From: an uncultured Candidatus Bathyarchaeia archaeon
GTDB taxonomy: Archaea > Thermoproteota > CALKCG01 > B24 > JAWCPE01
NCBI GenBank assembly: GCA_964427455.1
Contig: CAYRUY010000003.1
Coordinates: 98-64,097, forward strand
Reading direction: 5' to 3'
DNA: 64,000 nucleotides
A model generated the notes under the pieces. That model was not told where the DNA came from. It searched no databases and saw nothing but the letters and a program-made list of their open reading frames with translations. Below, piece by piece: positions 39,829 to 48,616 of this stretch (position 1 is its first letter; every line of letters starts with the position of its first letter). The position numbers and the translations under genes are program-made.

Positions 39829-40245
39829 ATGGCCAAACTGACTAAGAATGAAAAAGACTTCATAGAACGTGTAAGCCCTCTCCTCAAGAGATTCTTAGAA
39901 ATGTGCAAAGAGGAAGGGATTGAACCGGGAGCGGGCTCTTACGTTCTGTCTGAGAAGAATAACATTTACCATGGAGTACCTTTTGAGGTAGCCAGATGGA
40001 CCCACGGTGAGGAAAATGCAATAGGTACAATGCTGACAGAAGAGGGTGAGAACTCAAGGTTCAGAATCATCCTAGTGGTGGGTTCTCCAAGGGAAATGAT
40101 CATGCCTTGTGGAATGTGCAGAGAAGCAATAAAACCATATGGAATTGGGAATACTACTATCTTGTGTGCGGACTTAGGGTTATCGAAGGTAAGGAAATTC
40201 ACAATCGATGAACTTTATCCGTATCCTTATGAATATAAACGTTAA
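39829..40245 (+). CDS. Cytidine/deoxycytidylate deaminase-fold protein (cytidine or blasticidin-S deaminase-like)
   Basis: The zinc motifs 'HGEENAIG' (HxE) and 'PCGMCRE' (PCxxC). The gene is markedly AT-rich (~42% GC) compared with its flanks (~60%). Confidence 0.6.
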   Translation: MAKLTKNEKDFIERVSPLLKRFLEMCKEEGIEPGAGSYVLSEKNNIYHGVPFEVARWTHGEENAIGTMLTEEGENSRFRIILVVGSPREMIMPCGMCREAIKPYGIGNTTILCADLGLSKVRKFTIDELYPYPYEYKR

Positions 40246-40427
40246 GAAGCCTCGAAAGTTCTCGTCTCAGCGATGGTGGTGGTAAGAAGACGGCTGGTCT
40301 GGATGAGGAGCCTATAGCACGGGAGAAATGGGGTCGGTGGAGATGCAGGTAGCCCGTCGAGATTAAGGGGACTCGAAGCCAAAGGTTTAAGGTCTCTACG
40401 GGGCTCAATTGGCTCCCTTGATCAAGA

Positions 40428-41534
40428 ATGGCTTCATCCCTGCGTGCGGGCGTCATCGGCGCCACGGGCTACACGGGTGTCGCGCTGCTCGAGGTCCTGG
40501 CAAGGCACCCGAACGTGGAGTTGGCCTTCGCTACGACCCGCCAGGGACGACTAGCAGGGACAAATGTTCACGTGGAACATCCGAACCTGCTCGGCGTAAC
40601 GGAGCTCAAGTTCACCTTGTACGATCCTGCGAATGAGGCTTTGACGAAGTCGAACGAGAGGCTCCTTGAAGAAGCCCGGGAGACCGATGTAGTCTTCCTA
40701 TGCCTGCCCTCAGGAGCCTCATTGGGTGTAGTGAAGCAGCTTCACGGCCACCGGGCGAGGATAATCGACACGAGCGCTGACTTCAGGTTGAAGAGCCCTG
40801 AGGCCTACAAGCAATACTACGGACAGGACCATCCTTTACCAGAGCTGCTACGGGAGTTCGTGTACGGGCTTCCAGAGCTTCACCGCGACGAGCTGAAAGG
40901 GGCGAAGTACGCTGCGTGCCCCGGCTGCAACGCCACCGCGATGATCCTCGCAGCCTATCCGCTTACCAAGCTTGAAGGGTTCGAGGGCTTCAAGCTCTTC
41001 TTCGACATTATGGTGGGTTCCTCCGAGGCGGGGGCTGAGCCGACGCGCTCATCGCATCACGCTGAACGGTCAGGAGTTACGCGGCCCTACTCGGTCAAAG
41101 AGCATAGACATCTAGCTGAGGTGAGGCAGGAGTTGCGGTTGCCCGCGTCGAATGTGACGGCTACGATGTTCTCCGTCGACATGGTCCGCGGCGTCGAGTG
41201 CATCGGCCACGTTCTTCCACCGCGTTCAGTTGACGAGAGAGAGCTCTGGGAGGCTTACAGGACTGCGTACGGCAACGAGCCGTTCATCCGCATCAGGGCG
41301 AGGAAGCAGCCGGGGCCGGGAAGCCTGCCCGACGCCAAGTATGTGCGTGGGTCCAACTACTGTGATGTAGGCTTCTTCCTGGACGAAGAGCGGGGAAGCA
41401 TAGGCATCCTGTCAGCCCTAGACAATATGCTCAAAGGTGATGTCGGCAACGCGGTCCAAACGATGAACCTGATGTTCGGCCTCGACGAGGTTACGCGGCT
41501 GAAGGACCTAGTGCCCAGCTATCTGCTCGCCTAG
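40428..41534 (+). CDS. argC: N-acetyl-gamma-glutamyl-phosphate reductase / LysW-aminoadipyl-phosphate reductase
   Basis: 'VIGATGYTGVALLEVL' and the 'ACPGCNATAMIL' catalytic-Cys motif (NPGCYAT-like). Confidence 0.65.
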   Translation: MASSLRAGVIGATGYTGVALLEVLARHPNVELAFATTRQGRLAGTNVHVEHPNLLGVTELKFTLYDPANEALTKSNERLLEEARETDVVFLCLPSGASLGVVKQLHGHRARIIDTSADFRLKSPEAYKQYYGQDHPLPELLREFVYGLPELHRDELKGAKYAACPGCNATAMILAAYPLTKLEGFEGFKLFFDIMVGSSEAGAEPTRSSHHAERSGVTRPYSVKEHRHLAEVRQELRLPASNVTATMFSVDMVRGVECIGHVLPPRSVDERELWEAYRTAYGNEPFIRIRARKQPGPGSLPDAKYVRGSNYCDVGFFLDEERGSIGILSALDNMLKGDVGNAVQTMNLMFGLDEVTRLKDLVPSYLLA

Positions 41535-41652
41535 CCCCGCCATACTACCGCATGAGCGCGCAACGCGCCAGCTGGAGACCTCTCATCACGTCTGGCCATC
41601 TGCGCGAGGTACACAGAGTACCTTTCAACCAAGTGACTGGGGTAGTTGGCCT

Positions 41653-42189
41653 CTACTTGAGAATGCTACCACATTCTTGACAGTAGGTAGCCTCCGGGAG
41701 GTTCGGTGTCCCGCAGTGTCTGCATCGAACCTGCGGTTGCGGCAAGCCGCGCGGATACGTCCCGCTGGGCAGTCGCACCTCCTCCCAGCGGACCGGCAAT
41801 CCCACTGGTGGCCCCTTGCGACAGTACGCCTTCACCTCTGGTCTCGTCAGGTAGTAGAGGATCAGTGCGTCTATGAACATCTGAGGGATCGAGAGCGGCA
41901 CGTAGGCGACGCTGACCAGGATGCTGATGAGCGCGTAGGCAAAGGTGCTTGTCCAAGCCCATCCCTTGCCTGTCCAGACGCCCCAAGTCAGGCAGAGGCC
42001 TATCACTCCGATGACGCTAGCGACGCTGGCCGTGATGGTCACAGCCCCGGCTGGCATCCCGGGTGGAAGGCCGGCCGCAGGTAGAAAACCGGCTAGGAGC
42101 ACGACGCCCTCAGCGAGCGAAGAGAAGCCGATGAAGGCCTGCATCAAGACGACTAGGACGATGCCTGACGGGCGGCCCAGACGGCTCAA
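41653..42189 (-). CDS. Membrane protein with a C-terminal zinc ribbon
   Basis: Four TM helices followed by 'CRHCGTPNLPEATYCQECG'. Confidence 0.4.
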   Translation of the reverse strand: MSRLGRPSGIVLVVLMQAFIGFSSLAEGVVLLAGFLPAAGLPPGMPAGAVTITASVASVIGVIGLCLTWGVWTGKGWAWTSTFAYALISILVSVAYVPLSIPQMFIDALILYYLTRPEVKAYCRKGPPVGLPVRWEEVRLPSGTYPRGLPQPQVRCRHCGTPNLPEATYCQECGSILK

Positions 42190-42314
42190 CGATGCCCTCC
42201 TCCCTGGATCGCTGCCCCGACTTACTTAAGATTGCTCCAAACAGGCCCGTGCAGAGCTCGCGACCCCATGAGCAGCGTGAGATTGGCTTGCATACAGCGC
42301 TTTTCGCGTAAGGC

Positions 42315-42360
42315 TTATATGACGGCCGTTATGTCTACTCACGCATAACGATGCGTTATG
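42315..42360 (+). promoter_or_regulatory. TATA-like element plus a triple CGTTATG/CATAACG inverted-repeat array overlapping the tupA start; candidate ModE-type operator
   Basis: GGCTTATATG at 42312-42321. CGTTATG at 42327-42333, CATAACG at 42344-42350 and CGTTATG at 42354-42360. Together these form the 8-nt palindrome GCATAACG-ATG-CGTTATGC. Confidence 0.45.
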
Positions 42361-43365
42361 CCTCGAATCGTCCTAGCTGCAGAGGCCCGTGTGAAAGCCA
42401 AGCCTGTTCTACTCGCGGCGATCGTCGTAGCTTCTATCAGCGTGGGCGGGGCTTACTATCTCCAAGCGACTGTTAAGGAGAGTATCATAGTCTCAACGAC
42501 GACAAGCCTCTACGAGACAGGGGTCTTGGACGTACTGAAGGAAAGGTTTGAGGCCCAGAACCGCGGCGTTAACGTCTCCTTCATCTCGCAGGGCACAGGT
42601 TTGGCGATCCAGACCGCTATGAGGGGAGATGCAGACCTGATACTTGTCCATGACCCCGCCAGAGAGCTCAAGTTTCTCCAAGACGGCTACGGCGTGAACA
42701 GGAAGGTGATCGCCTACAACTTCTTCATCATTGTAGGCCCGAGCGAAGACCCCGGGGGGATCAAAGGCCTGCCCCCTCTCGACGCCCTTCGGAAGATCGA
42801 TTCGTCAGCTCAGCGGGGAGGCGTCGTCTGGGTATCGAGAGGAGACGATTCAGGAACCCATACGAAAGAGAAGCAGCTGTGGAAAGCGGCGAGGCTCAAC
42901 CTCACCGACATCAGGACGGGAAGCTGGTACTTAGAGGCGGGCAGCGGCATGACTGCCACGTTGAAGCTTGCGAACGAGAAGCGCGGCTACACTCTCACGG
43001 ACATGGGCACGTACCTGATGAACCTCAAGAACGGGAACATCGACCTAGTCATGTTAGTCAGCGCAGGCAAGGAGCTGCTCAACGTGTACAGCGTCATAGC
43101 CTGCAATCCGCAAAACGTGAATCTGACGAAGGTCCGGTTCGACGGCGCTATGAGATTCATCACGTTCCTCGCCTCCGACGAAGGACAGACGGTCCTCGCG
43201 GAGTTCGGAAAAGAGCAATACGGTCAAACGCTCTTCTATCCATACGTTAAGGTATTGAAGGATGGAAGCGACCCGGAGAAGGTGGGATGGATACAGGAGC
43301 TTGCCTACTTTGATGGAACCGAGTGCCCGCCTGAGTATAGGTATAAGGCAGGCGATCTCTACTGA
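42358..43365 (+). CDS. tupA: Tungstate/molybdate ABC transporter substrate-binding protein (TupA/WtpA-like)
   Basis: An N-terminal TM/signal segment followed by 'IIVSTTTSLYETGVLDVLKERFEAQ', the TTTS motif typical of TupA. Confidence 0.65.
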   Translation: MPRIVLAAEARVKAKPVLLAAIVVASISVGGAYYLQATVKESIIVSTTTSLYETGVLDVLKERFEAQNRGVNVSFISQGTGLAIQTAMRGDADLILVHDPARELKFLQDGYGVNRKVIAYNFFIIVGPSEDPGGIKGLPPLDALRKIDSSAQRGGVVWVSRGDDSGTHTKEKQLWKAARLNLTDIRTGSWYLEAGSGMTATLKLANEKRGYTLTDMGTYLMNLKNGNIDLVMLVSAGKELLNVYSVIACNPQNVNLTKVRFDGAMRFITFLASDEGQTVLAEFGKEQYGQTLFYPYVKVLKDGSDPEKVGWIQELAYFDGTECPPEYRYKAGDLY

Positions 43366-43479
43366 CAGGAAGGCGGGTCGAAGGCAACGTTCTCACCAGT
43401 CCTTGAATCCCTCTGGGAGGCCCTGGTTGAAGCCTTCAACCTGATAGTCTCAGGGGACCCAGAGGTAGCCTCTGTCACG

Positions 43480-44088
43480 TTGAGGTCCCTGCAGGTTTCA
43501 GGCTTTGCGACGCTCTTAGCCTGCCTCTGGAGCCTACCTGCCGCGACGATTCTCGGCTTGACGAACTTCCGAGGCAAGAGGCTGGCTAGGGGCTTCTTCA
43601 GCGCGTTCATAGGTGTGCCGACCGTCGCCCTCGGCCTCGTGCTGTATATGCTCTTCTCGCGAAGCGGACCCCTAGGAGTCTTCGGCCTCCTCTACACGCC
43701 TCTCGCCATCAGCCTAGGCCAGGCAGTGCTCATAACCCCTATCATAGTGACCTTCGCAGCCTCGGCCCTGGAAAGCGTTGACCCGGAGCTTCGAGACTTG
43801 GCGAGAACGTTAGGCGCCTCTGAGATGCAGACTTCCCTGGCGATCATACGCGAGGCCTCTTTCAGCGTTCTCCTCTCCGTGGTCGCTGCCTTCAACCGAG
43901 CTATCGCGGAGCTGGGAATCGCCCTGATGCTGGGCGGAAACATACGCTACGTAACGCGGGTACTCACAACCTCCATTGCTCTCGAAACAGCGAGGGGCGA
44001 GATCGCCTTCAGCCTCGCACTAGCCATAGTACTCCTAGGCATCGTGTACAGCGTAAGCCTGGCTCTCAACCTACTGAGGAAGGCTTGA
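43480..44088 (+). CDS. tupB: Tungstate/molybdate ABC transporter permease (TupB-like). The true N-terminus probably lies upstream, near 43366.
   Basis: The ORF track starts at TTG 43480, but the same frame is open back to 43366 and encodes '..LESLWEALVEAFNLIVSGDPEVASVTL..', which looks like a permease N-terminus. Confidence 0.6.
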   Translation: MRSLQVSGFATLLACLWSLPAATILGLTNFRGKRLARGFFSAFIGVPTVALGLVLYMLFSRSGPLGVFGLLYTPLAISLGQAVLITPIIVTFAASALESVDPELRDLARTLGASEMQTSLAIIREASFSVLLSVVAAFNRAIAELGIALMLGGNIRYVTRVLTTSIALETARGEIAFSLALAIVLLGIVYSVSLALNLLRKA

Positions 44089-45140
44089 TGATGGCCTCGT
44101 TCCTTGAGACCCGAGAGCTCCAGATGCGCTACGGGCCTACCACCGCCCTGGCCGGCGCGAACCTGCAGATTGAGAAAGGGGAGACCTTGGCTCTGGTCGG
44201 CCCCAGTGGGTCAGGGAAGACGACCCTCCTTAGGATACTGGCGGGTCTGCAGTCGCCTACATCAGGCGAGGCCCTGGTCGAAGGGCGAAGGGAGGACGCA
44301 GCAGGGCTCAGACGGATCGCGTCTATGGTCTTCCAGAGAACCGTGATGTTCAACACGACCGTGTATGGGAACGTGTCGTTCGGGCTCCATACGAAGGGGC
44401 TCGCGAAGAGAGAGATAGAGGAGGAAGTCATGAGAGCACTGAGAAAGGTAGGGCTTCAAGGCTTTGAGAAGAGGAAGGCTCGGAAGCTCTCAGGCGGAGA
44501 GCAGCAGAGGGTCTCTCTAGCCCGAGCGCTCGCGGTTAGACCCGCCCTCCTGCTTCTCGACGAGCCTACCGCCAACCTAGACCCTGCGAATGCATCTGCC
44601 ATTGAACACGTTGTTTCCAACCTAGGGGAGGAGGCAAACACTGTCGTCTTGGCAACCCACAGAATGGACCAGGCTGAGAGACTTGCCGACAGGGTTGCGG
44701 TTCTCAACGAGGGACGCCTTGTCCAGGTTGGAGACGCGAAAGAACTCTTTCGAAGGCCGTCAGGTTTCCTCGCCAGCTTCGGCCAGCTCCGGAACGTTTT
44801 CCACGGCTCTGTCGCGTTATCCAAGGAAGGGTTAGCGGTCATTACGCTAGGAGGCGGAGTTCGGATCGAGGCGGCTTCCAACAGGACGGGAAAGGTTTCG
44901 GTCTTCGTGAGGCCTGAGGATATAATCGTCTCGAAGACCCCGATCGTGTCGAGCGCGAGGAACGTTCTCAGGGGGAGGATCGTCAAGGTCGAGGATCAAG
45001 ATGGCCTCGTCGCGTTAGCTGTTGATGTGGGCCAGGAACTAGCGGCGGTGGTCACAAAGCAGTCGTTCGTCGAGATGGGTTTGAACCTAGGGCTAGAGGT
45101 CTTCCTAGCCTTCAAGGCCTCTTCAGTAGAGGTCGTCTAG
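44085..45140 (+). CDS. ABC transporter ATP-binding protein with a C-terminal TOBE/MOP domain (ModC/TupC/WtpC-like)
   Basis: Walker A 'GPSGSGKTT', the signature 'LSGGEQQRVSLARAL', Walker B 'LLLLDEP', and a C-terminal ~120 aa beta-rich tail. Confidence 0.75.
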   Translation: MMMASFLETRELQMRYGPTTALAGANLQIEKGETLALVGPSGSGKTTLLRILAGLQSPTSGEALVEGRREDAAGLRRIASMVFQRTVMFNTTVYGNVSFGLHTKGLAKREIEEEVMRALRKVGLQGFEKRKARKLSGGEQQRVSLARALAVRPALLLLDEPTANLDPANASAIEHVVSNLGEEANTVVLATHRMDQAERLADRVAVLNEGRLVQVGDAKELFRRPSGFLASFGQLRNVFHGSVALSKEGLAVITLGGGVRIEAASNRTGKVSVFVRPEDIIVSKTPIVSSARNVLRGRIVKVEDQDGLVALAVDVGQELAAVVTKQSFVEMGLNLGLEVFLAFKASSVEVV

Positions 45141-45271
45141 CTGCAGCGCCTCGCAGAGATACCACATCTCGGAGCCGTGTTTCCGAAGTTTGGTGAGCCT
45201 GCCTGATCATCTCGCGTACACGTCGGGCGGCTCGGACCTGGTCAGTCTTATAAGAGTATGGCTCGTCAGCG

Positions 45272-45622
45272 ATGAGTGAAAAGAGCATGAGAGGATCGAG
45301 GAGAGAACTCCGCCCTGCGTTTAAGCTTTGGCTTGAGGTCGATGGGAGACCGGTGATAGGGAAGGGCGGCGCTGAGATTCTCGAAGCGATCGAGCGGGTA
45401 GGCTCGATCAGCGGCGCTGCTAGGAGCCTCGGCATGTCGTACAGGTACGTCTGGGACTACGTGTCAGAGGCGAGGAGTATCCTTCAAGAGCCGCTTGTAG
45501 ACACATGGAGAGGGGGAGGCAAGGGTGGTGGGGGAGCTCGCCTCACCGAGGCGGGAAAAACCCTCGTCAAAGAGTACAGGGCCGCGGAGAGATGCGTTGA
45601 CAGAGCCCTTCAAGGCCTTTAA
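45272..45622 (+). CDS. ModE N-terminal-domain-like winged-helix regulator (molybdate/tungstate-responsive)
   Basis: 'KLWLEVDGRPVIGKGGAEILEAIERVGSISGAARSLGMSYRYVWDYV...GGGKGGGGARLTEAG' is the canonical ModE N-domain pattern. Confidence 0.65.
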   Translation: MSEKSMRGSRRELRPAFKLWLEVDGRPVIGKGGAEILEAIERVGSISGAARSLGMSYRYVWDYVSEARSILQEPLVDTWRGGGKGGGGARLTEAGKTLVKEYRAAERCVDRALQGL

Positions 45623-46249
45623 TGGGCGGGGCTAGCTACTGAGCGGCACTCCGCCTAACTCGATCGAGCTAGGCCACGTAGCCCCATGGTATAGGAAGAA
45701 GGTCCCCCAGCCTCCAGGTCGAAAGCCGACTGCAACGGTTACTACGATTGGGCGAGAGCCCGGTCGAGATCTGAGGCTATGCTGAGAATGCTCTCCTTCA
45801 GTGCTCGGTACGGTAGAACCAGCTTCGTCACTGTGCTTCTATGGAGCACCAAGCTGCTCGCCATCACAAGGAAGCTGAGTGGCAGGGCCGCAAACCAGCA
45901 CGTATTGGCCACACCCTCCGCATCGCACACGCAACTCGTGGCGACGGCAGCTATGAAGTTTGACCAGAGAGAAGACCAGACCTCTCGCTTCCCCATGCGA
46001 GGTTCTGGCAGATGACGGATAGCCAGCTGCGCTGACTGCCCTTAGGGTTGAGACGCTCAGACCAGTGGTAAAGGTGGCTCTGATTCCCTCGCCCTGAAGT
46101 GAGTAGCGCTGGTCAGGGGCTTCGGGGAGCTCGTTATCATCAAGTGTGATAAGCATCGCGCACTCTTGAGTTGGAGAGTCAAGAGTGTCTTCTTCAGAAC
46201 GAGGCGGAGATGAGAAAGAAAAGGGGTCTCGAGCGTGGTCTTCGTTTGC

Positions 46250-48244
46250 CTACGCGGGCAGGAAGAACCTTGCCATGCCCATGAGGCCGCTGATGAACAT
46301 TAGGAACCAGTAGCCGACGAGGAAGCCCAGGCAGAGCGGTACGACGTAGTTGTCGCTCAGCTTCGTGCCACCGATCCTCAGCACGAGGACCTTAACGACC
46401 CACATGGCGGCCGCTGGCAGGAGCCAGACGCTGCCACCTAGTAGGTTCACCGATAGGGTCACGCCTGCAGGCTCTAGAGGCCACCAGATGAACCTCATGT
46501 TCAGGAACCCGCACACGGCCGTGATCAGGGCTCCGACTATGAGGTACTCTATGATGGGGTCTGGGCTAGGCGAGCCGTAAAGAGTCCCGACCGTGGGGAA
46601 GGCCCAGATCCACCAGGCGTCGTACATGCCCATCGGCGTCCTAGCGGTGCCGAACGTGTAGTCGAACCAGAGGCCCACCGGGAAGCCTATGACCGCGGAG
46701 ATTATCGCCGCTATGAGGATGACTTTTGTGAGGTCCATCGGGTGAGTCTTAGTCTCGAACCCAACCTTGTAGCACAGAGGCATCGCGAAGGCCATGCCGA
46801 ACTGGGTGTTCGCCTCACTCATGAGCTGGCTGGTGAACCTATTCGTCATCATCATCGTGGAAACGTATTCGTAGTTCACAGTCTGCAGTGTGACGTTCGG
46901 CCCATAATACCAGCGGAAGACCATAGGGAACTCCGGCCAGTTGTCGATCGCCATCCATGCTGTGCCGACCGGGCCACAATAGCCTAAGATCCTGATGCTT
47001 GAAAGGTAGGTGTAAAGCATGACAATCATTATGAGTATTGCAGACGTAATGGACGAACCTGCAGCGCCCAGCATCGCGATAAGGATTATCGTGGAGACCG
47101 CTATGACTATCCATGCGACGGGGTTCGGTAGAGCTCTCTTCGAGTCTTCAGGCGTCCTCTTCAACCTGATCGTGGAAACGAACCACCTTATGTTCAGCGC
47201 AAACCAGATCACGATGAGGCCGATGAACATCCCGACCTGTATCGTGGCCCATTTGAACGGCGGTCCAGACATCGCGCCGACTCCCCTTACCCCCGCGGGG
47301 AAGTAGCCCAGCCAGTAGGCCACCTGGCTTGGCAGCTTGATACCGAAGACGTCGAAGAACCAGATCGAGAACAACGTCTTCACTGGAAACAGGTAGAACA
47401 ACGCAAAGTGCATCGGGTTCAAAGACATCGCCCACCAGACCGGGATGAGGTTGTTGATAGGCGAGATCGTGTCCAGGATCAAGACCCCGAAGTACCAGTT
47501 AATGAAAGGCGGCGAAGCGAAGCCGTAAGGATCAGGAATCCACGGGAAGAGGTAGTGTAGGCCTATTGGGAATATCACCAGTAGGCCGAGGACCCAACCG
47601 AGCAAGAACAGCTTCAGCTTCGTCCGCAGCACTGTCTTGTCGGCGTCTGGTGGAGGGCTTATGTAGTTTATCTGCTCTGTCCCGGTCGCTGCGAAGGCGA
47701 ATGGCAGCCTCTCGACCTCTATCCACCTTTCGTGCAAGAGGGCCATCCATCCTACCCAGAAGAATGTCCAGACGATGGCGTAGGTGATCCAGAAGCCCAG
47801 CCACGGCGTCCACTCAGCCCATGGTACTGGTGCGCCACCCGTCGTGATCTGTCGGACCAGCTCCACGTCCTTAGGCCCGAAGACCCAGGAGACGTAGTCC
47901 GTGTACGGTGGGAAAGTCACTAGGTGCGTCATGGCAGAGTTGTGAAGCTCACCATATGGGACCATGCTCCAAGAGAAGGCTAGGGACATGCTCGCGGCGG
48001 TGTACAACACTGCCAGCTTCTGCGGGGACATGTATCTCCTGAGTGACGGCGAGCCCGACACTAGGAGAAGGATGAGGAAGAGGACGACGATGGGTCCCGT
48101 GGCGGTGCCGAAAAGGGTCGACCAAGTCCAAGTTGGCGCGAAGGGAGCTGCCAACACGCCTACCGTTGACATAAGAGCTGAGAAGATTATGATGAAAACC
48201 CACATCCGTGACGTCATTACGCTCTTCGTTTCAACATCGCTCAT
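46250..48244 (-). CDS. Large polytopic membrane protein of unknown function (~14 TM helices)
   Basis: A 665-689 aa product that is highly hydrophobic and aromatic-rich. I prefer the ATG at 48244 (MSDVET) as the start. Confidence 0.5.
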   Translation of the reverse strand: MSDVETKSVMTSRMWVFIIIFSALMSTVGVLAAPFAPTWTWSTLFGTATGPIVVLFLILLLVSGSPSLRRYMSPQKLAVLYTAASMSLAFSWSMVPYGELHNSAMTHLVTFPPYTDYVSWVFGPKDVELVRQITTGGAPVPWAEWTPWLGFWITYAIVWTFFWVGWMALLHERWIEVERLPFAFAATGTEQINYISPPPDADKTVLRTKLKLFLLGWVLGLLVIFPIGLHYLFPWIPDPYGFASPPFINWYFGVLILDTISPINNLIPVWWAMSLNPMHFALFYLFPVKTLFSIWFFDVFGIKLPSQVAYWLGYFPAGVRGVGAMSGPPFKWATIQVGMFIGLIVIWFALNIRWFVSTIRLKRTPEDSKRALPNPVAWIVIAVSTIILIAMLGAAGSSITSAILIMIVMLYTYLSSIRILGYCGPVGTAWMAIDNWPEFPMVFRWYYGPNVTLQTVNYEYVSTMMMTNRFTSQLMSEANTQFGMAFAMPLCYKVGFETKTHPMDLTKVILIAAIISAVIGFPVGLWFDYTFGTARTPMGMYDAWWIWAFPTVGTLYGSPSPDPIIEYLIVGALITAVCGFLNMRFIWWPLEPAGVTLSVNLLGGSVWLLPAAAMWVVKVLVLRIGGTKLSDNYVVPLCLGFLVGYWFLMFISGLMGMARFFLPA

Positions 48245-48616
48245 CGTTGAGACACCTCTTTGTTGCTCTCTCGCATTGTGACAGCTAGAGAGCCGAAAGG
48301 CTAGTAAGCCCTCCCACATGCTTTATAAGACTTTCGGTCGAAGTTCGGCCGACTTTCAGAGGAACATTAGACTCTACGGTATAAGCGTGCATGCGTGTGT
48401 ACGTGTGCGTATGCGCGTGTCCCGGTCAAGAGGGAGATTGAGGTGAAGAGAGTCACCCATCGACAGCCGATGAGGTGTAGCCACTTGAAGCCCTCAAGCG
48501 CCCCCTTAAGTATGGGGATGCCTTCTATGGCCTTCCAGCCGCTCGGGAAGTAGCCTACACTCTCCTCCTCATGTGGGGAGGGTTCTCCAAGCGGTTAGCG
48601 ACAATAGCGAGGCGCC

